Source: a virus. Taken from it: a stretch of DNA of 64,000 nucleotides. The first letter of the stretch is position 1; every line of letters begins with the position of its first letter. The position numbers and the translations under genes were made by a program. Of this stretch, positions 26,681 through 35,895 are shown in pieces. The stretch covers positions 4,322 through 68,321 of the IMG/VR virus record IMGVR_UViG_3300045988_138690. One strand, given 5' to 3'. The notes below the pieces were generated by a model, which worked only from the letters and a program-made list of their open reading frames with translations, was not told where the DNA came from and searched no databases.

Positions 26681-26748
26681 TAGTCAAGACTTGTTCTGAC
26701 AGTTTTTTTGTCCGATAGTAAAACAAATGTCAGAACAAGTCTTGACTA
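26681..26748. terminator. 68-bp palindrome (perfect 21-bp arms), bidirectional terminator
   Basis: TAGTCAAGACTTGTTCTGACA (26681-26701) and its exact reverse complement (26728-26748), between convergent genes. Confidence 0.75.
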
Positions 26749-26773
26749 ATTCACATTAACTATCAATATCAAA

Positions 26774-27697
26774 CTATCTATTCAATCGTTTTATAAATGA
26801 TATATCAGACAGCAGCGTTTTCTTTTCGTTGTCTGATAATATTTCATTATCTGATACAATTAATTCTTCCAGGTATTCAGTAAATCCAGTAACATCCTTA
26901 TTTATTTTCTCTTTGTACAATTCAATTGTTTTTGGAAGCCCCATTCTGCCTTCACCGTAGGTATCAGATAGAAGTTTTAATATATCACTATTTACTTCTG
27001 AATAGTCATTACCCTCATGTAATATTTGTATTTTAGAAGTGTTATCAACTTCTTTAGCTTGTCTTTCTATTATGATAGACAATACAGAACTTACTTTCTT
27101 TATAAATTCTTTAGATTCTGCATATCTTGCTTTTATTTGAATAGAGGGCATTGATAAATTGTTTATTGTTATAACCATTGAATAAACAACTACTTCTTGT
27201 ATTTTTGTATTAGAAGTTGTGCCTATTTCTCTTTTGCCTGTAGTTCCTCCGATAACAGCACCTGTACCTCCTAAAAGCACTCCTCCTACGGTCGCTCTAC
27301 CTATCATACTTGAAGTTTTAGCTTTTGATGTTCCACTTGTGGAAGTGATGGATGAACTAATTCTCCCATCTTCGTATATATCTACTTTTATGATGTCAGA
27401 AAAATTAAACATCCATGTTTCTTCCCCATATTTAAGATATACTACCTTAGACGATTCGTAAACTTCTATATTTGAATACGGACATTTGGATTGGTATCCA
27501 AAAGATATTTCGCCATACTTTCTTATCCTTTCTTCTTTTTCTAATTCTTCTTTTTCTTTTCTATTTTTATTTTCAATTTCTCTTTTTTTCTGTAGTTCTT
27601 GTATCTTTCTTATTTCATTGGCTTCTTTATTGTCCCCTATTGTTTTCAATACTCCAAATACTATACCAATTATTATACCTAAAATAATATAAGTCAT
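26774..27697 (-). CDS. Single-pass membrane protein with K/E coiled coil and a glycine zipper (307 aa)
   Basis: N-terminal TM MTYIILGIIIGIVFGVL, a K/E-rich segment, an S/T-rich linker, and GRATVGGVLLGGTGAVIGGTTG. Confidence 0.65.
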   Translation of the reverse strand: MTYIILGIIIGIVFGVLKTIGDNKEANEIRKIQELQKKREIENKNRKEKEELEKEERIRKYGEISFGYQSKCPYSNIEVYESSKVVYLKYGEETWMFNFSDIIKVDIYEDGRISSSITSTSGTSKAKTSSMIGRATVGGVLLGGTGAVIGGTTGKREIGTTSNTKIQEVVVYSMVITINNLSMPSIQIKARYAESKEFIKKVSSVLSIIIERQAKEVDNTSKIQILHEGNDYSEVNSDILKLLSDTYGEGRMGLPKTIELYKEKINKDVTGFTEYLEELIVSDNEILSDNEKKTLLSDISFIKRLNR

Positions 27698-27801
27698 TTT
27701 ATTGTTTTTTAATTTATATGCAAATATAGGCCATAATCAGCATTTGTTGTTATAATATACATCATGTTATTAAACATGTTTGCTTTTTCAAAGAGAATGC
27801 A

Positions 27802-27809
27802 TATCTTTG
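27802..27809 (+). promoter_or_regulatory. -7 box TATCTTTG
   Basis: Matches TAnnTTTG at the head of a non-coding leader. Confidence 0.5.
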
Positions 27810-27812
27810 CAA

Positions 27813-27967
27813 TGACTGATACAACATAATAATTCTTGGGCAAAATAAAGCGAATACATTTTGTACAAGATATTGGGAAACCCTCTAAGGTGGCAGAAAG
27901 GAAACAATCTGCGACATCTATGCCCTGTGTATGTTGTGTCAGTCACACCTACGGAGGGTTTCTTTTT
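27813..27967 (+). ncRNA. Structured leader/sRNA with alternative pairings
   Basis: Segment A (27813-27827) pairs with B (27931-45) over 15 bp. The stem GAAACCCTC/GAGGGTTTC (27877-85/27954-62) is followed by T5. B can alternatively pair with C (27986-99). Confidence 0.45.
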
Positions 27968-27984
27968 ATCATAATTCGTTTAAT

Positions 27985-28176
27985 ATGACTGACACAACGA
28001 ATTTAACTTTACCTACCTCCTACCAAAAGGCGGTAATCGGCATCCTTCTGAAAGAGAAGAAGATGCTCCGACGTATCAAACGCAGAAAAGGGCTTGTACC
28101 TTTCTGTGCAGTGCTAACCCTCTACCTTTTCCATTTGTTCCTATATCCGTTTGTCAAACTTGCAAGGTGGATTTGA
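27985..28176 (+). CDS. Small tail-anchored membrane peptide (63 aa)
   Basis: MTDTTNL...KEKKMLRRIKRRKG followed by the hydrophobic LVPFCAVLTLYLFHLFLYPFV. The start codon lies inside complementary segment C. Confidence 0.35.
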   Translation: MTDTTNLTLPTSYQKAVIGILLKEKKMLRRIKRRKGLVPFCAVLTLYLFHLFLYPFVKLARWI

Positions 28177-28522
28177 TAATTGTTGATTTACTTGCTTAGT
28201 TAGTATATAAAATTCTGTGATAATGCGGTATATATTTTGTATATCGTATGAGTAATTGTATGTAAATTTACTTATTTGATTGCTTGATTAATTGATTTAT
28301 TTATCAGATAATCAATAAGTTAAATATAAAATATCCTATTGCGTAATTGATTTTTGTTACTAACTTAGCAGGCAGAAACAACGTTGTTAGTCGTTCTTCG
28401 TGGTTGTCGAACGACTGGAATAAAGATATTATTGGGCATTTCCCTTTGGAGCAGACAACCACATTAGGCTTCATCGGGATTTGCCCTTTACTTTTTAATA
28501 TAGGAATAAAACGAATCAAGAT

Positions 28523-29272
28523 ATGAACGAATTAGTTTTCAAAGGTCAGAACGAACAAGTTTTGACTAACAGCCTATTGGTTGCTGAAAAGTTCTGCAAA
28601 GAACATGGTGATGTATTAAAAGCCATTGATGCTTTAGTTGATAAATTGTCTGAAAATCAATGTGAAGGATATTTTGCGGAAACATCAATTGATGTTCCTC
28701 AACCTAATGGTGGAGTAAGAAATTCACGTGTTGTAGTCATGAATCGTGATGGGTTTACTTTACTTGTTATGGGGTTCACTGGTAAGAAAGCCCTAAAATT
28801 CAAATTGGAATATATCGCAGCCTTCAACGCCATGGAGAAAGCATTGAAAGAACAACAAAACAAAAAACTTTCTGGCGCAGAATTTCTTCTTGAGCAAGCA
28901 AAGTTAATGGTTGAGCAAGAACGCAGACTTTCAAATGTAGAGAATGAGATTGAGGCAATAAAGAAAGAACGAGAAGAAAACGGGAAATTCCTATTGTCAG
29001 TGTCTATGTCTTCGGAAGAATTACCGCAGCTGTCTATGCGCGACAACATCCGTCAACTAGTAAACAAATACGCATCCGCCATGAATATAAGGCAGCAAGA
29101 CGTATGGCACAAGATTTATGACCAGCTGTATTACCTATATCATATCTCCATACGGAACTACAAGAAAGCAAGACGAGACGAATCCAAACTTGAAATAGCG
29201 GAGAGAAATCATTTCCTTGATAAGATATACAATATCATATCGAATTTGGTTCGTGAGATGAATATCTCCTAA
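28523..29272 (+). CDS. Rha-family phage regulatory protein
   Basis: N-terminal VLTNSLLVAEKFCKEHGDVLKAIDAL matches the Rha-domain signature (ttS..iAe.fgK.H.nVLr.I). Confidence 0.75.
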   Translation: MNELVFKGQNEQVLTNSLLVAEKFCKEHGDVLKAIDALVDKLSENQCEGYFAETSIDVPQPNGGVRNSRVVVMNRDGFTLLVMGFTGKKALKFKLEYIAAFNAMEKALKEQQNKKLSGAEFLLEQAKLMVEQERRLSNVENEIEAIKKEREENGKFLLSVSMSSEELPQLSMRDNIRQLVNKYASAMNIRQQDVWHKIYDQLYYLYHISIRNYKKARRDESKLEIAERNHFLDKIYNIISNLVREMNIS

Positions 29273-29369
29273 TAGTTATCATAAATATAATCACTTTTTT
29301 AAGGTTGCACACGCCATGCAGCCTTGAAAATCTATGTACCACTTTACTTATATTAAAAAAATTAACATT

Positions 29370-29546
29370 ATGGAAAACAAAATAGAAATACTTATAAAAC
29401 AGAACAGGATGCTTATGCAGCAATTGCTACGCATATCAGAAGACTTGGAACTTGCGCAAGAAAAGATAGCCAAGCTGGAAAAATCCGAATGTACAGGAAG
29501 CCTTAAAACGAAAAACCCCCACATGAAGATATTGAACCGTATATGA
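29370..29546 (+). CDS. Small coiled-coil protein, paralog of 174-368
   Basis: MENKIEILIKQNRMLMQQLLRISEDLELAQEKIAKLEKS, followed by a terminator. Confidence 0.5.
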   Translation: MENKIEILIKQNRMLMQQLLRISEDLELAQEKIAKLEKSECTGSLKTKNPHMKILNRI

Positions 29547-29559
29547 TAAAAAAACAAAG

Positions 29560-29594
29560 GGTGCAGTAGTTTTTATACTCACTGCGCCTTTTTT
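29560..29594 (+). terminator. Intrinsic terminator
   Basis: 8-bp stem (29560-67/29581-88) plus T6. Confidence 0.7.
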
Positions 29595-29634
29595 GTAGTA
29601 CAATAAAACATTTGATTGTATCACGTTATAGCCC

Positions 29635-30057
29635 TTATTCCAGTTCTTTCCCGGTCAAATCAAAATATATGTTTTGAAGCTGATGCAGATATTCAATGGG
29701 GATATTGGATAAAGGATATTCGGCACTGTTTATAGACACGAATAGTTTAGCGTCATTCACTCCATCATTATATAGGTATCGTCCGTATGACAATTCGATA
29801 TCGTTGCAGAACCCGTTATATTCCTTTGTAAATCCGCTTTTCAGGAGTAATTCCTCTGTCAATGGGATGGGTTCTACCATGGAAACCGGAACTTCACTAT
29901 AGCAAACCCCGTCGCCTACCTTACATTCCAGATACAAGTAATTGCGTTTTATGGCTTCCACTTTGCATACAGTGCCAGCAGGAACTTGGGTTATTACAAA
30001 AGTGTAATCATCTGATAATCTCACATAGTTCCCTAATTTTAAATTTTCTGTTTTCAT
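29635..30057 (-). CDS. Hypothetical protein (140 aa from MKTENLKL)
   Basis: ORF. The internal ATG is preferred over the Tyr-rich extension. Confidence 0.5.
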   Translation of the reverse strand: MKTENLKLGNYVRLSDDYTFVITQVPAGTVCKVEAIKRNYLYLECKVGDGVCYSEVPVSMVEPIPLTEELLLKSGFTKEYNGFCNDIELSYGRYLYNDGVNDAKLFVSINSAEYPLSNIPIEYLHQLQNIYFDLTGKELE

Positions 30058-30171
30058 GACAAGTTGATAATAATTTGTGTAAATATAATAATAAATGGGA
30101 TGTGTCAATGCATATAAAGATGTTTTTGTGTATATTTTCTATGTTTTTGTAGATTATATAATAAATATTTG

Positions 30172-30179
30172 TATATTTG
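30172..30179 (+). promoter_or_regulatory. -7 box TATATTTG restarting tail-gene transcription
   Basis: TAnnTTTG about 100 nt upstream of the Dit-like gene. Confidence 0.5.
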
Positions 30180-30281
30180 CAATGAGTAATCCATAATATA
30201 AGCTACATAAAGCCGTAAGAGCTTGGAATGGTACAATATATATTATTGTTCCCGTTTCAGGCTCTTTTTTTATCAAAGGAA

Positions 30282-30794
30282 ATGAACGAACCGTATTCCA
30301 TATTATTCCAGAAGATGAAGTCGGGTGCACCCGTTAAAGACCTTTTCGATAATTTCGGGATGGTGTGTACAGATTTCCCGTTGCCTTCTCCGGGTGATGT
30401 AAAAGACTTGCCAAAGCGTGACTGGGCAGAAGAAGACGGTGAAGATACCTTTATTCCGGATACTTTACCTCTAAAAGCGTATGACATTAAAATAAGTGTA
30501 TGCTACGAGGGAACAAAAGGCACGGCTATGGATAAGTTGGAGATGTTGCTTGACTATCTTACTGGAGAGGATAATTATGGTTCACGGTTGAAGATATACA
30601 ATGCCAAGACCCATACGGGAAGGCAGGACGTATATCTGACGAAAATAAGCGATACGGAATTGTGGCAAGGATACGATAGTGAAATTCTTGAGTTTAATAT
30701 GGAGCTGCATATGTGTGATCCGAAAACAAGGATTATCCCAAGTTATAAGACAGGTAGCAGTACAGTTGTTGAAAATTTGGTTGTAAGGAGTTGA
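30282..30794 (+). CDS. Distal tail protein (Dit-like)
   Basis: Position before the Tal-like gene. The N-terminus resembles siphovirus tail-family proteins. ATG at 30282. Confidence 0.55.
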   Translation: MNEPYSILFQKMKSGAPVKDLFDNFGMVCTDFPLPSPGDVKDLPKRDWAEEDGEDTFIPDTLPLKAYDIKISVCYEGTKGTAMDKLEMLLDYLTGEDNYGSRLKIYNAKTHTGRQDVYLTKISDTELWQGYDSEILEFNMELHMCDPKTRIIPSYKTGSSTVVENLVVRS

Positions 30795-30798
30795 CGAT

Positions 30799-33700
30799 AT
30801 GGGTTGGATAGTATATAGTAAAGACGGACAAACTGAAAGATGTGTACTACACAAGCTTGAATACAACGGAACTTTTATGGGTGAACGCACCGTATCTGCT
30901 ACATTGTCCTCTGAAAAAAAAATAGAATTCAATATATTTGACTACATTGAATACAGAGGGGAACGTTTCGAGCTCGACCTACTTCCTACCGTAAAGAAGA
31001 TATCAAGTAATAATTATAGTTATGATCTTCGTTTTGTATCGTTGAAATATGAGCTTGAACGATGTATGATGAGAGACATAGTTCCTAACGACAACGGAAT
31101 AGTTTATCCTACTCCTCTGACTATTGAATTTACTGGAACAGTCAAATACCTTACTGAGAGGATACAGGCATGCCTTGATGTCATGTATGGAAAGGGAGTA
31201 TGGAGCATTATCATTGCAGAAGGCACGGAAAGCGAAGAAAAAAGTATCTCAATGAGTAACCAAAACTGTTGGGATGCCCTTTCTCTTGTAAACACGGAAT
31301 ATAAGCTTAATTATTTTGTAAAAGGAAGAAACGTCACTATCGGCGGTGAGGAGCCTGTGGTTGACAATGTATTTGAGTACGGTAAAGGAAAAGGGTTATA
31401 TGAGATAGAAAGAATTTCCGATTCATACACAGGAGTAGTAACAAAGCTTCGCGCATACGGTGGAACAAGAAACCTTGACTACAGCTACCCTAAGCTTCCC
31501 GAATGGAAGGATAGCGTTCTTCCAGCCAACTATGCCTTATCTCCTTTGCGTCTTATGCTACCAAGCTTTAAGACTGACGGAGTCACTGATTTTGTATTGG
31601 CTTCTGATGAAGCAATTGCTAAATATGGCATTCGTGAAGGTGTAATAACCTACGATGATATTTACCCTTCTATTACAGGAATGAAGAATTCGTCAGGACA
31701 GGCAATTGACGAAATAAAAAGCGTAAGCGCTATAACGAGCGATACTCAACCAACCTTTACTGTAGGATTGTATGATTTAGGATTTGATCTAAGTGAGAGT
31801 ATTACTACCGATGAGGCGCAGCTTTCCATGAAATCCGGAGCGTTACAAGGATATACTTTCAATATAACCAAGATAGATAAGTCTTCGGACGGTAGCTATA
31901 TCCTTACGCTTGGGAGAAATACTCTCGAAGAAGGAGACACTGGGAATTTTACCGTTCCCAACAAGGATTGGAACATGAAATCCGGTGATAAATTTGTGCT
32001 TCTCAATATCCTCATGCCTCAAGAGTACATACGGAATGCCGAGAACAGACTTCTTTCAAGGGCGAAAGAGTATCTTGCCAAATACAGTAGTACGAATTAT
32101 TCCTACAACATTGGCATGGATGAAATTTTCATGGCAAGAAACGTAAACTTCTATAATGATATTATGGAAGGGAAACGACTTACAGTAAACGATAAAGAAA
32201 TAGGAATAAATAATGAAAATATAATTATCCAGTCTCTTACGATAAATGAAGGGAAAGGAATAATTCCGACATTTGAGGTTACGCTTAACAATGAACCAAC
32301 AGCAAGTACCCTTGATAGGATACAAGGTCAAATAAGCGAAGTAGAAGCAAGCGTAAACAATAAGTTCTCTTCTGATAGCGAACTTGCTAGACAATACAGA
32401 AAGAAGCTCGACAAGTCCGTGTGGGACAGCGTTTTTAAAATACACTACGATAATGCGGAAGCTCCTGAAAAGATAACATCCTTAGAGGTGTTAGTGGGTC
32501 TTTGGACGGATAAATGGATTTCTGCAAAAGGTATTGACGAGGGTTCCGGCAGTAGCGGTGAAGGCGGTGCATCCGCATTGTACCAATTGAACGACGTATC
32601 CAAGAATGCGGCAGGTAATGGTGTCCTTGGTGCTGAAAAGAATTCCCTTCTCGCTTATGACGGCACGCACTGGTACGGAATACCCCAATCTGCCATATCC
32701 CCCGATTTGGCGGGCTATGCAAAAGAGGAATGGGTCACTTCGCAATTGTCGGGATACGCCACTGTGGAAAGCCTGAATACCGTATCCGACAGGCTGAATG
32801 ACTTTCTTGTTGGCACCGACACGGACAACATCATCAACAAATGGAAAGAGCTTGAGAATTTCCTTTCCGGTTTTACGGAAACCGATACCCTTGCCGGGGC
32901 GTTGGGTAACAAGGCTGACAAATCCACCAAGGTAATAGCAGGTGCCGGTCTGATCGGTGGCGGTGATTTGTCTTCAAACATAACGTTCGCCCTTCCCGCT
33001 ACCGGGGTGTCTGCCGGAACTTATTCTAAGGTAACGGTTGATGTATATGGCAGGGTTACTTCGGGCGCTTCATTATCGGTGGATGATATTCCTTCCTTAT
33101 CCATAAGCAAGATAACAGGCTTGCAGGACGTACTTGACAACAAGCTTGATAAGAAAGACTTCACAGACTTGTTCGAGCGGATAAACATCGGCACTGATGC
33201 ATCCCCTAAATATGCAATCCATGCGAAATACGGGCTTTATGCCGATTGGCTATCGGCAAAGGGCGTTGACGAGGGTTCCGGAAGTGGCGGGTTGGATGAG
33301 ACTGAGCTGTGGTCTATTCTTGGGAATTCAGGTAATGAACAGATATCATTAACGCACTTGACGGAGGCATTGTCCGGTTACGCCACGCAGGACTGGGTGA
33401 CCGGGCAGCTCTCCGGTGTTGGCGGTGGCTCGGTAGACGGCATTATCCTTAACGGCAAGACATATTCCCCTGACGAGGAAACGAAGCTTATTACGTTGCC
33501 GGATTATCCTACATCCATGGACTGGGGAAGCATTACCAATACACCTTCTACATTGGCAGGATATGGTATTACCGATGCTTACACCAAAGCGGAGTCTAAC
33601 GCTAACTATGTTATAAAGTCTGGCGACACAATGACAGGTGATTTGAATGTCAGAGGTCAGTTACATGCAGGTGATGAACAGTTTGTAGCTACCTTGTTAT

Positions 33701-35895
33701 ACACTTTTATCGGAAAGGAAAAAGGTATTTATTTTTCTAATGACGCAAATAATGACTTGTTATATGTAAATACTCATTATAACAGGGTTCACAAATCTGG
33801 TTCTTTTACTATAAACGAAAAAACAGGAGTAATAGTATTTTCTAATAATCCTATTATTAGAAGTACCACCAATGCATATTGTAAATTAGAAATATCTGGC
33901 AATTCTAAAGGAGAATTTGGGGCTATCTCATCAGGTATATACTTATATAATTCAGTACGTGCTAATTTTTTATGGTATCGTGACGATGGCTCTTTGACCT
34001 TTGAAGGTAAAAAAATCCTTCATGAAGGCAACTATTCAGGAGTATTGGATAATCGTTATGTCCTCAAGTCGGGGGATACGATAACGGGAGATTTACATTT
34101 TAGCAGCAATACAAAGATTTATTTTAACAATAACGAAAATTTTAGTATTGGTTCTAATGGTAGTGTTGGTACATATTTAAAATACGGATCCAATATACTA
34201 AGAGTAACAAGTGACCACCCATACTACAATAACGATAAGATTTGGCACGCAGGCAACGACGGTTCAGGTTCGGGTCTGAATGCGGATTTGTTGGACGGAT
34301 TTCATAAAGGAGACATATACGGTGCTGTAGATCATAATAATGATTTAAATAACGTTATTGCTAAAAGCGACGGTATAGCATGGATTGGTTATCCGTATGC
34401 AGGAAGTGAGTCAATTCTTAATCAGCCATTAGGAAATAATGTAACTGATGCCCGTGGAGTAATGACATTTTATAATTATTACCCGCTTCAAATGTCATGG
34501 AGATATAATGATGCATCAAGTTTTTGGATGAGGACTAGATATAACGGTGTATGGAATAGCTGGTATGAAGTAGCTTTCACTAACGGGAATATAGCATCCG
34601 CCACAAGGCTGCAAACGCCACGTACTATTTGGGGGCAATCATTTGACGGTACAAGCAATATCAGCGGGTGGTTATCAGGAGCTACCACAATAGAATGCTC
34701 TACTGGTGTAAGAAGCAGAACGATATGTATTGAAACTGAAAGTGATGGTACTGCCGGAAGTAGAGGTAGTGAGATAAATTGTTTTATTTCTCCTTTGTAT
34801 TTACAGTACGCAACATCTTATGGCGTAATAATGTGTAACGGCGGTGGCAACGTAGGAATAGGAACTGTTTCGCCAGGTTATAAACTCCATGTTAACGGAG
34901 ACATTTTAGCTAATGGATATATACATAGTGTAAACAATGGCGTATCCAGTTCCTTTGGTGCGCAAAATTCAAGTTACTGCCATATAAGCACTAATGCTCC
35001 TGCGTTTTGGTTTAGTAGCGAATTAAGAATAAACGGAAGTATTCTTCCGTATGAAGGTAGTCACTGGATAGGTACTGAAGATAGTCCTTGGGGATATGTA
35101 TTCAGTAATGGATGGTTCAGATCATTGGGTAACACTGGATGGTATAATCAGACATATAGCGGCGGCATCTACATGACTGACAGCACTTATGTAAGGGTAT
35201 ACAGTAAGGAATGGTTCAGGTCTGACATGTATTCTGCCGGAAGTGGTGGATACCAAGATGATGCGTACAGTGCGGCTTATAACGCATGTGTTAGTAGTGG
35301 TGATAGTTATTGCTGTTATTCCTTCGTTCGTTATGGAGTAAGACCTTTCGGTATTGGATTTAATACCGATAACGAGATATGGCTTGGCACTCCTAATACA
35401 AACAGGACAGCCGCTGCACAATGGCTGCACATAAATTCCTCCGGTGTATGGACTAACGGGTATATGACAGCCAAAGAAACATCCGACAGACGTTTAAAGA
35501 AAGATTTCGACTACCATGTGGACTACCAGCAGCGCATACTCGATCTCGGAAAGATAGTTGACTTCAACTATAACGAGAAAGCTCTTACAAGAAGTGTCGG
35601 TTATGCGGACGACAAGCGCCACACCTCTGTAATCTATCAGGACGCTTTGAAGGCAAATATTACGGGTTTCTGCATGGAGGCTGATGATGGTTACGGGGTA
35701 ATCAATCCGATATGTCCCGACCTCATATTTACGGCTATCGGTGCAATCCAGATGAATATCATGGGACTACGGGACATTGCCGGAAGGACGGAGACTCTTG
35801 AAGAGAAGGTTGCCCGCCTTGATAAGGAGAATAAAAAAATGAAGTCCACTATAAATAAGTTGAAATCAATAATACGTAATACAGGTGCGTTATGA
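30799..35895 (+). CDS. Tail-associated/fibre protein with a C-terminal S74 intramolecular chaperone domain
   Basis: 1698 aa. Tal-like N-terminus, repeated fibre modules (SGDTMTGDL/SGDTITGDL; W[IL]SAKG[IV]DEGSGS x2), and C-terminal TSDRRLKKDF..., the Ser-Lys autoproteolytic chaperone signature. Confidence 0.8.
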   Translation: MGWIVYSKDGQTERCVLHKLEYNGTFMGERTVSATLSSEKKIEFNIFDYIEYRGERFELDLLPTVKKISSNNYSYDLRFVSLKYELERCMMRDIVPNDNGIVYPTPLTIEFTGTVKYLTERIQACLDVMYGKGVWSIIIAEGTESEEKSISMSNQNCWDALSLVNTEYKLNYFVKGRNVTIGGEEPVVDNVFEYGKGKGLYEIERISDSYTGVVTKLRAYGGTRNLDYSYPKLPEWKDSVLPANYALSPLRLMLPSFKTDGVTDFVLASDEAIAKYGIREGVITYDDIYPSITGMKNSSGQAIDEIKSVSAITSDTQPTFTVGLYDLGFDLSESITTDEAQLSMKSGALQGYTFNITKIDKSSDGSYILTLGRNTLEEGDTGNFTVPNKDWNMKSGDKFVLLNILMPQEYIRNAENRLLSRAKEYLAKYSSTNYSYNIGMDEIFMARNVNFYNDIMEGKRLTVNDKEIGINNENIIIQSLTINEGKGIIPTFEVTLNNEPTASTLDRIQGQISEVEASVNNKFSSDSELARQYRKKLDKSVWDSVFKIHYDNAEAPEKITSLEVLVGLWTDKWISAKGIDEGSGSSGEGGASALYQLNDVSKNAAGNGVLGAEKNSLLAYDGTHWYGIPQSAISPDLAGYAKEEWVTSQLSGYATVESLNTVSDRLNDFLVGTDTDNIINKWKELENFLSGFTETDTLAGALGNKADKSTKVIAGAGLIGGGDLSSNITFALPATGVSAGTYSKVTVDVYGRVTSGASLSVDDIPSLSISKITGLQDVLDNKLDKKDFTDLFERINIGTDASPKYAIHAKYGLYADWLSAKGVDEGSGSGGLDETELWSILGNSGNEQISLTHLTEALSGYATQDWVTGQLSGVGGGSVDGIILNGKTYSPDEETKLITLPDYPTSMDWGSITNTPSTLAGYGITDAYTKAESNANYVIKSGDTMTGDLNVRGQLHAGDEQFVATLLYTFIGKEKGIYFSNDANNDLLYVNTHYNRVHKSGSFTINEKTGVIVFSNNPIIRSTTNAYCKLEISGNSKGEFGAISSGIYLYNSVRANFLWYRDDGSLTFEGKKILHEGNYSGVLDNRYVLKSGDTITGDLHFSSNTKIYFNNNENFSIGSNGSVGTYLKYGSNILRVTSDHPYYNNDKIWHAGNDGSGSGLNADLLDGFHKGDIYGAVDHNNDLNNVIAKSDGIAWIGYPYAGSESILNQPLGNNVTDARGVMTFYNYYPLQMSWRYNDASSFWMRTRYNGVWNSWYEVAFTNGNIASATRLQTPRTIWGQSFDGTSNISGWLSGATTIECSTGVRSRTICIETESDGTAGSRGSEINCFISPLYLQYATSYGVIMCNGGGNVGIGTVSPGYKLHVNGDILANGYIHSVNNGVSSSFGAQNSSYCHISTNAPAFWFSSELRINGSILPYEGSHWIGTEDSPWGYVFSNGWFRSLGNTGWYNQTYSGGIYMTDSTYVRVYSKEWFRSDMYSAGSGGYQDDAYSAAYNACVSSGDSYCCYSFVRYGVRPFGIGFNTDNEIWLGTPNTNRTAAAQWLHINSSGVWTNGYMTAKETSDRRLKKDFDYHVDYQQRILDLGKIVDFNYNEKALTRSVGYADDKRHTSVIYQDALKANITGFCMEADDGYGVINPICPDLIFTAIGAIQMNIMGLRDIAGRTETLEEKVARLDKENKKMKSTINKLKSIIRNTGAL

